64,000 bases of DNA from Betaproteobacteria bacterium RIFCSPLOWO2_12_FULL_68_20 (GTDB lineage: Bacteria > Pseudomonadota > Gammaproteobacteria > Burkholderiales > SG8-39): the NCBI GenBank assembly GCA_001770655.1, contig MERQ01000025.1:5753-69752 (forward strand), given 5' to 3'. A model generated the notes under the pieces. It was not told the DNA's origin and made no database searches. It saw only the letters and a list, made by a program, of their open reading frames with translations. Position numbers and translations under genes: made by a program. Below are positions 29,240-40,308 of the stretch, piece after piece (position 1 is the stretch's first letter; every line of letters begins with the position of its first letter).

Positions 29240-29524
29240 GCCCTGCGCTCAGGCACCGAGCGCGCTCGGCCCTGAACGCAGTTGTGCATGGCTGAACGGG
29301 GCCAGCGCGGGCAGCATTCACCATCATGCCGATTGTGCGCGCCCCGAATGCCCGGCCAACAACCCATGACAAGCCAGCTCCGCCGCGAACCGGCCCGGGG
29401 CACGCGCAACTCGCGCCGCACGATGGCCAAGAGCGCGCGGCAGGCGGATGAGTTCGGATGAGTTTTCCTATCCGTTTCCTGAGGCCGCGGCTTCGGTAAA
29501 ATCGCGGGCCCTCAACCGGCTCGC

Positions 29525-31407
<1,883 letters not shown>

Positions 31408-31408
<1 letters not shown>

Positions 31409-31437
31409 AAAAAGGGCGCCGCAAGGCGCCCTTTTCG
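31408..31437. terminator. Bidirectional intrinsic terminator (ABC-F gene / boxB)
   Basis: AAAAAAAGGGCGCC-GCAA-GGCGCCCTTTT, a 10-bp GC stem flanked by an A tract and a T tract. Confidence 0.7.
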
Positions 31438-31503
31438 CCCAGCGAATGCTGCTGCGCCTCCTGCCGAAGCTCGACTTCCCGTTGGCGCTCCGCCGGCGGG
31501 AAT

Positions 31504-32916
31504 TCAGCTCAGCCTGACGTACTCGTACTCGAGCGGCAGGTTGTTGATGCCGCGCTCGGGCGGAGCGATCCAGCTGGCCATCTTGCCGGGCTCGGCCACC
31601 CGCCGCATCAGCGACTTGACGTAGTCGCGGTCCTGCTGCGAGGGGATCCACTCGTGCAGGCGCCGCGAGTATTCCTCTTCCGGCAGGAGCTTGCCCAGCG
31701 GGTCCACCGGCTGCCCGGCCCAGGCGCCGATGGCGCGCCGGAAGCGGGCGGAGGGAAGGCTCAGGCGGAACTCGTGCCCGGCGCGCTCGATCGTGCGGTT
31801 CCAGCGCTTCAGGCCGATCTCGCAGTCCTTCAGGTAGGACTCGCGCATCACCTCGTTCAGCGCGTTCAGCACCGGCACCTCCTGCTCGCCCTCAGGCGTT
31901 GCCACCTTCATCGAAGCCCCGCGCAGCACGTGATCTTCATACTGGTCTTCGTCCGGGCGTCCTTTCAGGCCGTTGGCGAAATTTGCCGCCGAGTTCGACG
32001 AGATCTCCGAGCCGAACAGGTCGAGCGAGCTGGAGCACCAGAAATTCAGGTACTTCTGCAGCGTCGCCAGGTCCACGGCGCCGTGCTCGCGCAGACGCGC
32101 CGGATCCCCGGTGCCGAGCTCCTTCATCGCCTCGAGCGTGCGCTTCACCACGCGGCCGATGCCGGTCTCGCCGACGAACATGTGGTGCGCCTCTTCGGTA
32201 AGCATGAACCGGCAGGTTCGCGACAGCGGATCGAACGCCGATTCCGCGAGGCTCTTCAGCTGGTACTTGCCGTCGCGGTCGGTGAAGTAGGTGAAGCAGT
32301 AGAACGACAGCCAGTCCAGAATCGGCTCGTTGAAGGTGGTGAGGATCCGCGGCTTGTCGGCGTCGCCCGAATGGCGCGCGAGCAGCTCCTCGGCCTCCTC
32401 GCGCCCGTCGCGCCCGAAATAGGCGTGCAGCAGGTACACCATCGCCCAAAGATGCCTGCCTTCCTCGACATTGACCTGAAACAGGTTCCTGAGATCGTAA
32501 AGGGAAGGGCAGCTGTGCCCGAGCAGCCGCTGCTGCTCGACCGAGGCGGGCTCGGTGTCGCCCTGGGTGACGAGCAGGCGCCTGAGCGTCGAGCGGTACT
32601 CGCCCGGCACCTGCTGCCAGGCCGGCTCGCCCATGCGGTCGCCGAAGCCGATCTTCCTGTCCGGCACCGCGTCCGCGAGGAAGATCCCCCAGCGGTAGTC
32701 GGGCATGTGCACCGCGCCGTAGGTCGCCCAGCCCTGCGCGTCCACCGACACGGCGGTGCGCAGGTAAACGTCGGCGCGCTCGAAGTCGGTCGGCCCCATC
32801 TCGTGCCACCACTGCAGGAAATGCGGCTGCCAGTGCTCTAGCGCGCGCTGCAGCGTCCTGTCGTTCGCCAGGTTGACGTTATTGGGGATTTTCTCGGAAT
32901 AATTGACCGCGCTCAT
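31504..32916 (-). CDS. boxB: Benzoyl-CoA 2,3-epoxidase (oxygenase) component B
   Basis: 470 aa MSAVNYSEKIPNNVNLANDRTLQRALEHWQP...; diiron motifs VEEGRHLW and TEEAHHMF. ATGA overlap with boxC. Confidence 0.9.
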   Translation of the reverse strand: MSAVNYSEKIPNNVNLANDRTLQRALEHWQPHFLQWWHEMGPTDFERADVYLRTAVSVDAQGWATYGAVHMPDYRWGIFLADAVPDRKIGFGDRMGEPAWQQVPGEYRSTLRRLLVTQGDTEPASVEQQRLLGHSCPSLYDLRNLFQVNVEEGRHLWAMVYLLHAYFGRDGREEAEELLARHSGDADKPRILTTFNEPILDWLSFYCFTYFTDRDGKYQLKSLAESAFDPLSRTCRFMLTEEAHHMFVGETGIGRVVKRTLEAMKELGTGDPARLREHGAVDLATLQKYLNFWCSSSLDLFGSEISSNSAANFANGLKGRPDEDQYEDHVLRGASMKVATPEGEQEVPVLNALNEVMRESYLKDCEIGLKRWNRTIERAGHEFRLSLPSARFRRAIGAWAGQPVDPLGKLLPEEEYSRRLHEWIPSQQDRDYVKSLMRRVAEPGKMASWIAPPERGINNLPLEYEYVRLS

Positions 32917-34568
32917 ACGCGCTCCCAGTTGAATTTCGCCTTCGCGCCGGTGCCGTACACCTTGAGCGCGCCGTGCTCGCCGGTGGCGTTCGGCCGGTTG
33001 AAGATCCAGTTCTGCCACGCCGAGAGCCGTCCAAAGACGCGCGTGTGCATGCTCTCGCGTCCGGCGAAGCGCAGCGACGCCTCCATACCGGTGAGGGCGT
33101 CGGGCGACAGGCTCGCGCGCTCCTCGATGGCGATGCGCACCTCGTCTTCCCAGTCGATGTCGTCGGGGGTCGAGGTCACCAGGCCGAGCTCGCGTGCTTC
33201 GCGCGTCTCGAGCGGCCGGCCGATCGCCTGGTGCGCCGCCTCGACCGGCGCGGTCTCGGCGCAGAAATGCGTCTCGATGCGCGAGAGCCCGCTCACCATC
33301 GGGTAGGCGCCGAAGTTCATCGGAGTCAGGGCGATGCGCGGCCCGTTCTCGGCATCGAGCATGAAGCTGCGGTCGGCCGCGAAGAGCAGCTCGGCGAGCG
33401 TGCCGGCGAAGCACGATCCGGCGTCGGCGATCGCGAACATCGAGCGCGAGGCGACGTCGAAGCGCGCGAGCGTGCGGCGCAGGTAGCCGACGGTCTCGCG
33501 TACGAACCAGTGGCCGCGGTGCTTGTCGAGCGCGGCGTCCATCGCGAGCATGGCGTCCATGTGGCCGCGCGTCTTCAGCACCCACAGCCCGATGTCGAGA
33601 TGGTTGTGGCGCAGCGTGAGGATCGCATCGTCGAGCTGGCGCGCCAGCGCGAGCGGCCACCATGCCGAGCCGCGCTCGAGCATCGCTTCCGGCGTATCGG
33701 GCTGGGCGCCGGTCGGCGCGAACACCGTGATCTCGGCTTTGCGGCCCGCCGCGTCGATCTTCACGTCCACCGTCGGGTAGTGGTAGCCGTCCTCGCGGGC
33801 AGTGCGCACGAAGGGCTTCAGCTCCACGCCCTGGCCTCCCGGACGGTCGGAGAGCGCGGCGAGCTCGAGCGCGCGGTTCTTGACGAATTGCGCGAACTGC
33901 TGCGGCTTCGCGACGTGGTCCACCAGCTTCCACTGCTTCGCGCGGTCGGCGCGCACGCCCTCGGCAGTGGTGCTGAACACGTCGGCGAGATCGCGCCGGA
34001 TCTTCCTCTTGTCCACCAGCCGGGTCAGCCCCCCGGTGCCGGGCAGCACGCCGAGCAGCGGCACTTCCGGCAGGCTCACGGTGGAGGAGCGGTCGTCGAT
34101 CATCGCGATCTCGTCGCAGGCGAGCGCCAGCTCGTAGCCGCCGCCCGCCGTGGCGCCGTTCAGCGCCGCCAGGAATTTGAGGCCCGAATGCGCGCTCGAG
34201 TCCTCGATGCCGTTGCGCGTCTCGTTGGTGAACTTGCAGAAGTTCACCTTGCCGGGGTGCGAGGTATGGCCGAGCATGTAGATGTTCGCGCCGGAGCAGA
34301 ACATGCGGCTCTTGCCACTGGTGATCACTGCCGCCTTCACCTCGGGGTGCTCGAAGCGGATGCGGTTGAGCGCGTCGGCGAGCTCGATGTCCACGCCCAG
34401 GTCGTAGCTGTTGAGCTTCAGCTTGTAGCCCGGCTCCAGCGCCTTGTCCTCCGCCACGTCCAGCGTGAGCATGGCGATCGGGCCGTCGAAGCCGAGCCTC
34501 CAGTGGTGATAGCGGTCCGGCTGCGTGTCGAAGGACACCTGTGCCGGCCGCTTGGACAGATCGTTCAT
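32913..34568 (-). CDS. boxC: 2,3-epoxybenzoyl-CoA dihydrolase (benzoyl-CoA-dihydrodiol lyase)
   Basis: 551 aa MNDLSKRPAQVSFDTQPDRYHHWRL...; crotonase fold FCSGANIYMLG, GGGYELALACD. ATGA overlaps on both sides. Confidence 0.9.
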   Translation of the reverse strand: MNDLSKRPAQVSFDTQPDRYHHWRLGFDGPIAMLTLDVAEDKALEPGYKLKLNSYDLGVDIELADALNRIRFEHPEVKAAVITSGKSRMFCSGANIYMLGHTSHPGKVNFCKFTNETRNGIEDSSAHSGLKFLAALNGATAGGGYELALACDEIAMIDDRSSTVSLPEVPLLGVLPGTGGLTRLVDKRKIRRDLADVFSTTAEGVRADRAKQWKLVDHVAKPQQFAQFVKNRALELAALSDRPGGQGVELKPFVRTAREDGYHYPTVDVKIDAAGRKAEITVFAPTGAQPDTPEAMLERGSAWWPLALARQLDDAILTLRHNHLDIGLWVLKTRGHMDAMLAMDAALDKHRGHWFVRETVGYLRRTLARFDVASRSMFAIADAGSCFAGTLAELLFAADRSFMLDAENGPRIALTPMNFGAYPMVSGLSRIETHFCAETAPVEAAHQAIGRPLETREARELGLVTSTPDDIDWEDEVRIAIEERASLSPDALTGMEASLRFAGRESMHTRVFGRLSAWQNWIFNRPNATGEHGALKVYGTGAKAKFNWERV

Positions 34569-35338
34569 GCCTCCTCCTTGGCGAGCAGCGCGCGCAGCGC
34601 GGCGAGGCCCTGCTTCGCCGAGCGACCCGAGGTGTCCAGCGTGACGTCGGCGCGCGCGTACAGCCGCTCGCGGTCGGCGAGCAGCTGGCGGATCTCGTCG
34701 AGGGCCGCCGAGCGGCCCTTGAACGGCCGCATGTCGCCCTGCGCGATGACGCGCGCCATGTGCTCCTCGGGCGAGGCCTTCAGCCACACGCAATACGAGC
34801 GATCGAGCAGCAGCTGGTAGGTTCCCGGGTCGGTGACGAGCGACCCGCCGGCCGCGATCACCGCGCGCTCGTGCTGCTTCAGCACGCGCTCGAGCGCGCG
34901 GCGCTCGAAGCGGCGGAACGCCTCCTGGCCGTACATGGAGAACACCTCGCCCAGGCTGGCGCCGGCATCGTTTTCCACCTCGCGGTCGAGCTCGATGAAC
35001 GGAACGTCCAGCGCGCGCGCCAGCTTCGCGCCGAGCGTGGACTTGCCGGCGCCGCGCAGGCCGAGGAGCGCAATGCGGCTGCGGCGCGGCGCCGCGTCGT
35101 GCTCGCGCACCAGCGCCTCGACCGGGACCTCCATCGCGCGCGCCACCTTGCGCAGCAGCAGCACCGAGATGTTGCCTTCGCCGGCCTCGAGCTGGGCGAG
35201 GTAGCGCTCCGACACTCCCGAGGCGGCGGCGAGCACCTTGCGCGTGGTGCCGCGCTCGGCGCGCCAAGCGCGCACGCGCGCGCCGAGCCGCGCGAGATAC
35301 GCTGCCTCCTGCTGCACGTGGGAGAGGGGGGCGTTCAC
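34565..35338 (-). CDS. boxR: BoxR/BzdR-type regulator (XRE HTH + shikimate-kinase-like domain)
   Basis: 257 aa, GTG start. HTH SGVSERYLAQLEAGEGNISVLLLRKVARAM, then P-loop LLGLRGAGKSTLG. Confidence 0.8.
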   Translation of the reverse strand: MNAPLSHVQQEAAYLARLGARVRAWRAERGTTRKVLAAASGVSERYLAQLEAGEGNISVLLLRKVARAMEVPVEALVREHDAAPRRSRIALLGLRGAGKSTLGAKLARALDVPFIELDREVENDAGASLGEVFSMYGQEAFRRFERRALERVLKQHERAVIAAGGSLVTDPGTYQLLLDRSYCVWLKASPEEHMARVIAQGDMRPFKGRSAALDEIRQLLADRERLYARADVTLDTSGRSAKQGLAALRALLAKEEA

Positions 35339-35342
35339 AGGA

Positions 35343-35381
35343 ACTATATTGCTTGACGCGGATTCTAGGTTGCAATATAGT
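35343..35381. promoter_or_regulatory. Palindromic operator candidate in the boxR/flavodoxin divergent promoter
   Basis: ACTATATTGC-N19-GCAATATAGT, perfect 10-bp inverted arms in a 54-bp intergenic region. The right arm contains TTGCAATA (TGCA core). Confidence 0.45.
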
Positions 35382-35392
35382 AACTGTCAACC

Positions 35393-35866
35393 ATGAAGCT
35401 CGCGATCCTCGTCGGCACCATGACCGGCACGGCGCAGTTGTGCGCGCAGGAGATCGAGCTCGCGCTCGACGGCGACGGCGTCCAGGTGGAGACGCTGATG
35501 ATGGACAAGCTTCACCCCTCGGTGTTCGCCCGCCGCGAGCGTGTCTACCTGATCTGCACCTCGACCTACGGCCAGGGCGACGTGCCCGACAACGCCAAGG
35601 CGTTCTACCAGGCGCTGTGCAGCGAGCGCCCGGGCCTCGGCGGCGTGCGCTACGGCGTGTTCGGCCTGGGGGACCGCACCTACGTCGAGACCTTCAATTT
35701 CGGCGGCAAGCGCTTCGACGACATCCTGTCGGAGCTCGGCGCCGAGCGCATCGGCGAGCGCTACACCCACGATGCCTCGAGCGGCACGCTGCCCGAGGAG
35801 CTGGCGGTGGAGTGGGCGCGCAAGTGGCTCGAGAAGGTCCGCGAGCGTCTGTCTCAGCCGGCCTGA
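35393..35866 (+). CDS. Flavodoxin (MioC-like)
   Basis: 157 aa. MKLAILVGTMTGTAQ FMN-phosphate loop, TSTYGQGDVPDN, GVFGLGDRTY. Confidence 0.8.
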   Translation: MKLAILVGTMTGTAQLCAQEIELALDGDGVQVETLMMDKLHPSVFARRERVYLICTSTYGQGDVPDNAKAFYQALCSERPGLGGVRYGVFGLGDRTYVETFNFGGKRFDDILSELGAERIGERYTHDASSGTLPEELAVEWARKWLEKVRERLSQPA

Positions 35867-35869
35867 CCG

Positions 35870-36817
35870 CTACTTCTTCAGCCCGATCGTCTGCATCAGG
35901 CGCGCGAGGTAGGCGTCCTCCTTTGCGATCAGCTCGCCGAACTCGGCGGCCGGCAGGAACGCGGGGCGCACGCGCAGGTTCTCGCTCGCCCTGGCGAATT
36001 CCCCGGACTCCACCGTGTTGCGGATCGCCAGCTCGAGCGCCTCGATGACCTTGCTCGGCGTCCCTTTCGGCGCGGCGATGCCGCGCCAGGCGTCGAGGGC
36101 GACGTCGACGCCCTGCTCGCGCGCGGTCGGCACGTCGGGGAACGCCGGATCGCGGCTGGTCGTCAGGGACGCGAGCAGCCGCACCTGCCCCTGCTTGACC
36201 GGTCCGGAAAGGGCACCCGGGAACTGCACCAGTGCAGCCACGTGGCCGCCCATCAGGCTCGGCACCACCTGGGCGGCGGCGAACGGAATCTCGTTCACCT
36301 CGACGCCCGCGGTGCGAAACAGCGCGGCGGAGGAGATGTGCGTGTGGCTCCCGATCCCGGAGTTTCCGACGGCGATCGCCTTCGGCCGCACCTTGGCGTC
36401 GGCGAGCAGCTCGCCGAGCGTCCGCCACTTCGCGTCGCTGCGCACCGCGAGCACCACCGCCTCGGCGAGCACGCGCGCCACCGGGTCGAACGCCCGGTAG
36501 TCGAAGGCGAGCTGCCCCGAGTGGTACGTGGTCGAGATCGAGTTGGAGTTCCACACCAGCGAATAGCCGTCCGGCTTCTGCGAGACGACGTGCTTGTAGC
36601 CGATCGCGCCGCCCGCGCCGGGCCGGTTGACCGCCAGCACGCGCTGGCCGAGCTGCTTCGACATGCCGTCGGCGAGCATGCGCGCGGTGACATCGGCCGA
36701 GGTGCCGGCGGGGAAAAGGACCGTGATCTCGATCGGACTTCGCTGCGGGAAGGGCGGCTCCTGCGCCTGCGCCGCAAGCGAAAAAATTGCCACAAAGACC
36801 CAGACGATCCGGTTCAT
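35870..36817 (-). CDS. Bug/TctC-family substrate-binding protein
   Basis: 315 aa. Signal peptide, ITVLFPAGTSADVTAR, RPGAGGAIG. ATGA overlap with the upstream oxidoreductase gene. Confidence 0.85.
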   Translation of the reverse strand: MNRIVWVFVAIFSLAAQAQEPPFPQRSPIEITVLFPAGTSADVTARMLADGMSKQLGQRVLAVNRPGAGGAIGYKHVVSQKPDGYSLVWNSNSISTTYHSGQLAFDYRAFDPVARVLAEAVVLAVRSDAKWRTLGELLADAKVRPKAIAVGNSGIGSHTHISSAALFRTAGVEVNEIPFAAAQVVPSLMGGHVAALVQFPGALSGPVKQGQVRLLASLTTSRDPAFPDVPTAREQGVDVALDAWRGIAAPKGTPSKVIEALELAIRNTVESGEFARASENLRVRPAFLPAAEFGELIAKEDAYLARLMQTIGLKK

Positions 36818-37800
36818 TGGAGCACCTCCCTTACCTCGATTGTGCGTCCCTCCCGCGCCGAGCGGATCCCGGCGAGGATCACGGCGAGCGAAGCGGTTGC
36901 GCGCTCGCCGTCCGCCTCCGGCTGCGCTTGACCGCGCACCGCCCTGGCGAATTCCTCCAGCTCTTCGACGATGGGGTCGTTTTTCGGGCAGGGCACGGCC
37001 TCGGCACGCGTGCCGCCGCGCTTCAGCACCCTCAGCCCCTGGTGCAGATCGTAATACGCGCTCGCTTCCTTTCCGTAGATGTTCATCAGGTAGAACTCGG
37101 AAGCCGAGGCGTAGCTCGCGTTCAGCGTGGACAGCGCGCCGTTCTCATGCTCGATCACGAGGCTCGCCACGTCCGGGTTCTCTCCCGGGAGCACGAGCTG
37201 CGCGAAGCGCCCGCTCACCGCCCTGATCGGCCCCATCAGGTACTCGAGGACGTCGGTGTAGTGGATGCCGATCTGCAGCATCACGCCGCCTGGCATGCCT
37301 TCCGAGCTGTAGCGCCATGACGAGAGGTCGATCTTTCCCAGCCGGTCCCGGCTGATGTTCGCTTCGGCGTTGACGAGCTTTCCGAACGTTCCATCCTCGA
37401 CGCGGCCGCGGATCCAGCGGAAATGGCTCTCGCGCCTTCTCTGGTAGCCGAGCGCGAGCACCACGCCGGCGTCGCGACAGGCTTGCGTGATCGCGCGCGC
37501 GTCGGCGATGGTGTTGGCAATCGGCTTGTCGAGAAAGACATGCTTGCCCGCGGCGGCGGCGGCGCGCGTGGTCTCGAGGTGGACGGCGTTCGGCGTGGTG
37601 TTGATGATGCCCTCGATCGAGCGGTCCTCCAGGATCGCTTCGTAGGCGGGCGCCGCGCGGCAGCCGTATTTCGATGCGAATTTCTCCCGCTTTTCGGCGG
37701 AACGGCTGTAGCAGGCGGCGATCTTCAGCTTTTGCGAGCGCTGCACCGCGTCGGCGAGCACGTCGGACCACCAGCCCATGCCGATGCAGGCGACGTTCAC
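36814..37800 (-). CDS. Gfo/Idh/MocA-family oxidoreductase
   Basis: GTG at 37800 (GTGA overlap with the upstream gene). VNVACIGMGWWS Rossmann N-terminus, HVFLDKPIA motif. Confidence 0.8.
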   Translation of the reverse strand: MNVACIGMGWWSDVLADAVQRSQKLKIAACYSRSAEKREKFASKYGCRAAPAYEAILEDRSIEGIINTTPNAVHLETTRAAAAAGKHVFLDKPIANTIADARAITQACRDAGVVLALGYQRRRESHFRWIRGRVEDGTFGKLVNAEANISRDRLGKIDLSSWRYSSEGMPGGVMLQIGIHYTDVLEYLMGPIRAVSGRFAQLVLPGENPDVASLVIEHENGALSTLNASYASASEFYLMNIYGKEASAYYDLHQGLRVLKRGGTRAEAVPCPKNDPIVEELEEFARAVRGQAQPEADGERATASLAVILAGIRSAREGRTIEVREVLQ

Positions 37801-38237
37801 CCGGCGCTCGCCCCGATCGATTCGACCGCCTCGCGTGCCGCGCGCTCGTCGAACTCCCAGTCGCCGCCGGCGACGCCGACGCCGCCGACGCATTCGGCGT
37901 CCACGATCACCGGGCAGCCGCCCTCCATCGCGGTCCAGCGCTCGGGCCCGGCGGCAAGCGCGAGGCCGAGTGCGTGCGCGACGTCGAGCGCCTGGCCCTG
38001 CGCGCCTTTCGACCCGGTGGAGCGCCGGTTCGAGGCGGCGCACACCGCCTTGGTGGTCGCCGAGTGCACCGTGTGGAAGCGCCCGCCGTCCATGCGCTCG
38101 AGCAGGATCAGGTGCCCGCCGGCATCGGCGACCGCGACCGTGATCGCCACGCCCGCTTCCCGGGCGCGCTCGATCGCCGTGGCCGCCATTTTCTTCGCGC
38201 CGCCCGAAGTCAGGCGCTTGCTCTCGGCGACGTACAT
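37797..38237 (-). CDS. GlcG/HbpS-like (DUF336) protein
   Basis: ATG at 38237 after AAGGAGGAGG. ITVAVADAGGHLILLERMDG ... GGCPVIVDAECVGGVGVAGG. Confidence 0.7.
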   Translation of the reverse strand: MYVAESKRLTSGGAKKMAATAIERAREAGVAITVAVADAGGHLILLERMDGGRFHTVHSATTKAVCAASNRRSTGSKGAQGQALDVAHALGLALAAGPERWTAMEGGCPVIVDAECVGGVGVAGGDWEFDERAAREAVESIGASAG

Positions 38238-38283
38238 GGGTACCTCCTCCTTGGGATATATTAGTGCAAGAGGAGCGCGGACC

Positions 38284-38748
38284 ATGCCGCTATCGCATAT
38301 CGAGCATTATCTCGTCGCCGCCGACGATATCGACGCCACGCGCGACTGGTACGCGCGGGTGCTGGGCATGAAATCAGGCCCCCACCCGGATTTCGGCTTT
38401 CCGGTGCACTGGATGTATATCGGCGAGACCGACGTCGTGCACATCGGTCCGAGCGCGAAGAGCGCGGGGGAGATCCAGAGGGCCTACCTCGGCCGCACCT
38501 CGCGGGACGCGGGCGCCGGCACGGGGGCGCTGGACCACATCGCGTTCCGCGCCACGGGGCTGCGAACCATGCTCGAGCACCTGCGCGCCGAGGGCGTACC
38601 CTTCACCACGCGGCGCGCGAACGGGCAGGCGCTCTACCAGATGTTTCTCTACGATCCGAACGGGATCAAGGTCGAGCTCAATTTCGCCGCCGCGGAGGCC
38701 GAGGGCATCGAGCCCGGGCTGATGGCTTCGGAATTGATGAAGGCCTAG
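38284..38748 (+). CDS. VOC/glyoxalase-family protein
   Basis: 154 aa MPLSHIEHYLVAADDIDATRDWY...LDHIAFRATG...LYDPNGIKVEL. First gene of a tightly packed + strand operon. Confidence 0.7.
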   Translation: MPLSHIEHYLVAADDIDATRDWYARVLGMKSGPHPDFGFPVHWMYIGETDVVHIGPSAKSAGEIQRAYLGRTSRDAGAGTGALDHIAFRATGLRTMLEHLRAEGVPFTTRRANGQALYQMFLYDPNGIKVELNFAAAEAEGIEPGLMASELMKA

Positions 38749-38767
38749 TTCCGGGAGGAGGAGAGCG

Positions 38768-40288
38768 ATGGACATCCCGCGCGACTACAACGCCGCCGAG
38801 GACCTGATCGGCCGCAACCTCGAGGCGGGCCGCGGCGGCAAGACCGCGTTCGTCGACGACGCCGGCAGTTACACGTACGCGCAGCTCGCCGAGCGCGTCG
38901 ACCGCGCGGCGAACGCGATCCGCGCGCTCGGCATCGAGCGCGAGCAAAGGATCGCGATCGCGATGCTCGACGGTTGCGACTGGCCGGCGGTGTTTCTCGG
39001 CGCGATCAAGGCGGGAATCGTTCCCGTGGCGATGAACACGCTGCTCACCCCCTCGGATTACCAGTATCAGCTGCGCGACAGCCGCGCGAGGGCGCTGTTC
39101 GTCTCCGAGCCGCTGCTCAAGTCCTTCGAGCCGATCCGCAACAAGTGCCCTGACTTGAAGCATGTCGTGGTGGCCGGCAAGCAGCTCTCCGACATGCTCG
39201 CCGCGGCGCCCGCCAAGGCCGCGGCGGCGCAGACGACGAGCGACGACGTGTGCTTCTGGCTCTACTCGTCGGGATCCACCGGCGCGCCGAAGGGCACCGT
39301 GCACCTGCACTCGCACCTGATCCTCACCGCCGACACGTACGCGAAGCAGGTCCTCGGCATCCGCGAGTCGGACGTGGTGTTCTCGGCGGCGAAGCTGTTT
39401 TTCGCCTACGGCCTGGGCAACGCGCTCACCTTCCCGATGTCGGTGGGCGCGACCGCGGTGCTGATGGCCGAGCGCCCGACCCCGGATTCGGTGTTCAAGC
39501 GCCTGGTCGAGAAGAAGCCGACCATCTTCTACGGCGTGCCGACGCTCTACGCGGCGCTGCTTGCGAGTCCCGCGTTTCCGAAGCGCGAGCAGCTCGCGCT
39601 GCGCACCTGCGTGTCGGCGGGCGAGGCGCTCCCGCCCGACATCGCGCGGCGCTTCAAGGAAAGGACCGGGCTGGAGATCCTCGACGGCATCGGCTCGACC
39701 GAGATGCTGCACATCTTCCTCTCCAACCGGCCGGGCGAGGTGCGCTTCGGCACGACGGGCAAGTCGGTGCCCGGCTATCAGTTGCGCCTGGTGGACGATC
39801 AGGGCAACGTCGTCACCAAGCCGGGAGAGCTCGGCGAGCTGCAGATCGGCGGGCCGACCGCCGCGATCATGTACTGGAACCAGAGAGAGAAAACCAAGAA
39901 CACGTTCCAGGGGCCGTGGACGCGCAGCGGCGACAAGTACAGCGTGGACGAGCAGGGCTACTACGTCTACGGCGGCCGCGCCGACGACATGCTGAAGGTG
40001 TCCGGAATCTGGGTCTCGCCGGTTGAGGTCGAAGCCGCGCTCATCTCGCACGAGGCGGTACTTGAAGCCGCAGTGGTCGGCGCCGAAGACCGGGACAAGC
40101 TCGTCAAGCCGAAGGCCTACGTGGTTCTCAAGCCCGGCCAGACGGCGAGCGAGTCCTTGACGACGGCGCTGCAGCAGCACGTCAAGGACAAGCTCGCGCC
40201 CTACAAGTACCCGCGCTGGATCGAGTTTCGCGACGAATTACCGAAGACGGCGACTGGAAAAATCCAGCGCTTCAAGCTGCGCAGTTGA
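38768..40288 (+). CDS. Aryl-CoA ligase (benzoate/4-hydroxybenzoate-CoA ligase family)
   Basis: 506 aa. AMP-binding LYSSGSTGAPKGTVH, benzoate-CoA-ligase-like N-terminus, C-terminal PKTATGKIQRFKLR (A10 lysine codon at 40259-40261). Confidence 0.85.
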   Translation: MDIPRDYNAAEDLIGRNLEAGRGGKTAFVDDAGSYTYAQLAERVDRAANAIRALGIEREQRIAIAMLDGCDWPAVFLGAIKAGIVPVAMNTLLTPSDYQYQLRDSRARALFVSEPLLKSFEPIRNKCPDLKHVVVAGKQLSDMLAAAPAKAAAAQTTSDDVCFWLYSSGSTGAPKGTVHLHSHLILTADTYAKQVLGIRESDVVFSAAKLFFAYGLGNALTFPMSVGATAVLMAERPTPDSVFKRLVEKKPTIFYGVPTLYAALLASPAFPKREQLALRTCVSAGEALPPDIARRFKERTGLEILDGIGSTEMLHIFLSNRPGEVRFGTTGKSVPGYQLRLVDDQGNVVTKPGELGELQIGGPTAAIMYWNQREKTKNTFQGPWTRSGDKYSVDEQGYYVYGGRADDMLKVSGIWVSPVEVEAALISHEAVLEAAVVGAEDRDKLVKPKAYVVLKPGQTASESLTTALQQHVKDKLAPYKYPRWIEFRDELPKTATGKIQRFKLRS

Positions 40289-40308
40289 AATAACCGGAGG
40301 AGGATGAC

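Noticed and set aside
38678-40180. 500-aa minus ORF
   Set aside because: It is antisense to the aryl-CoA ligase gene.
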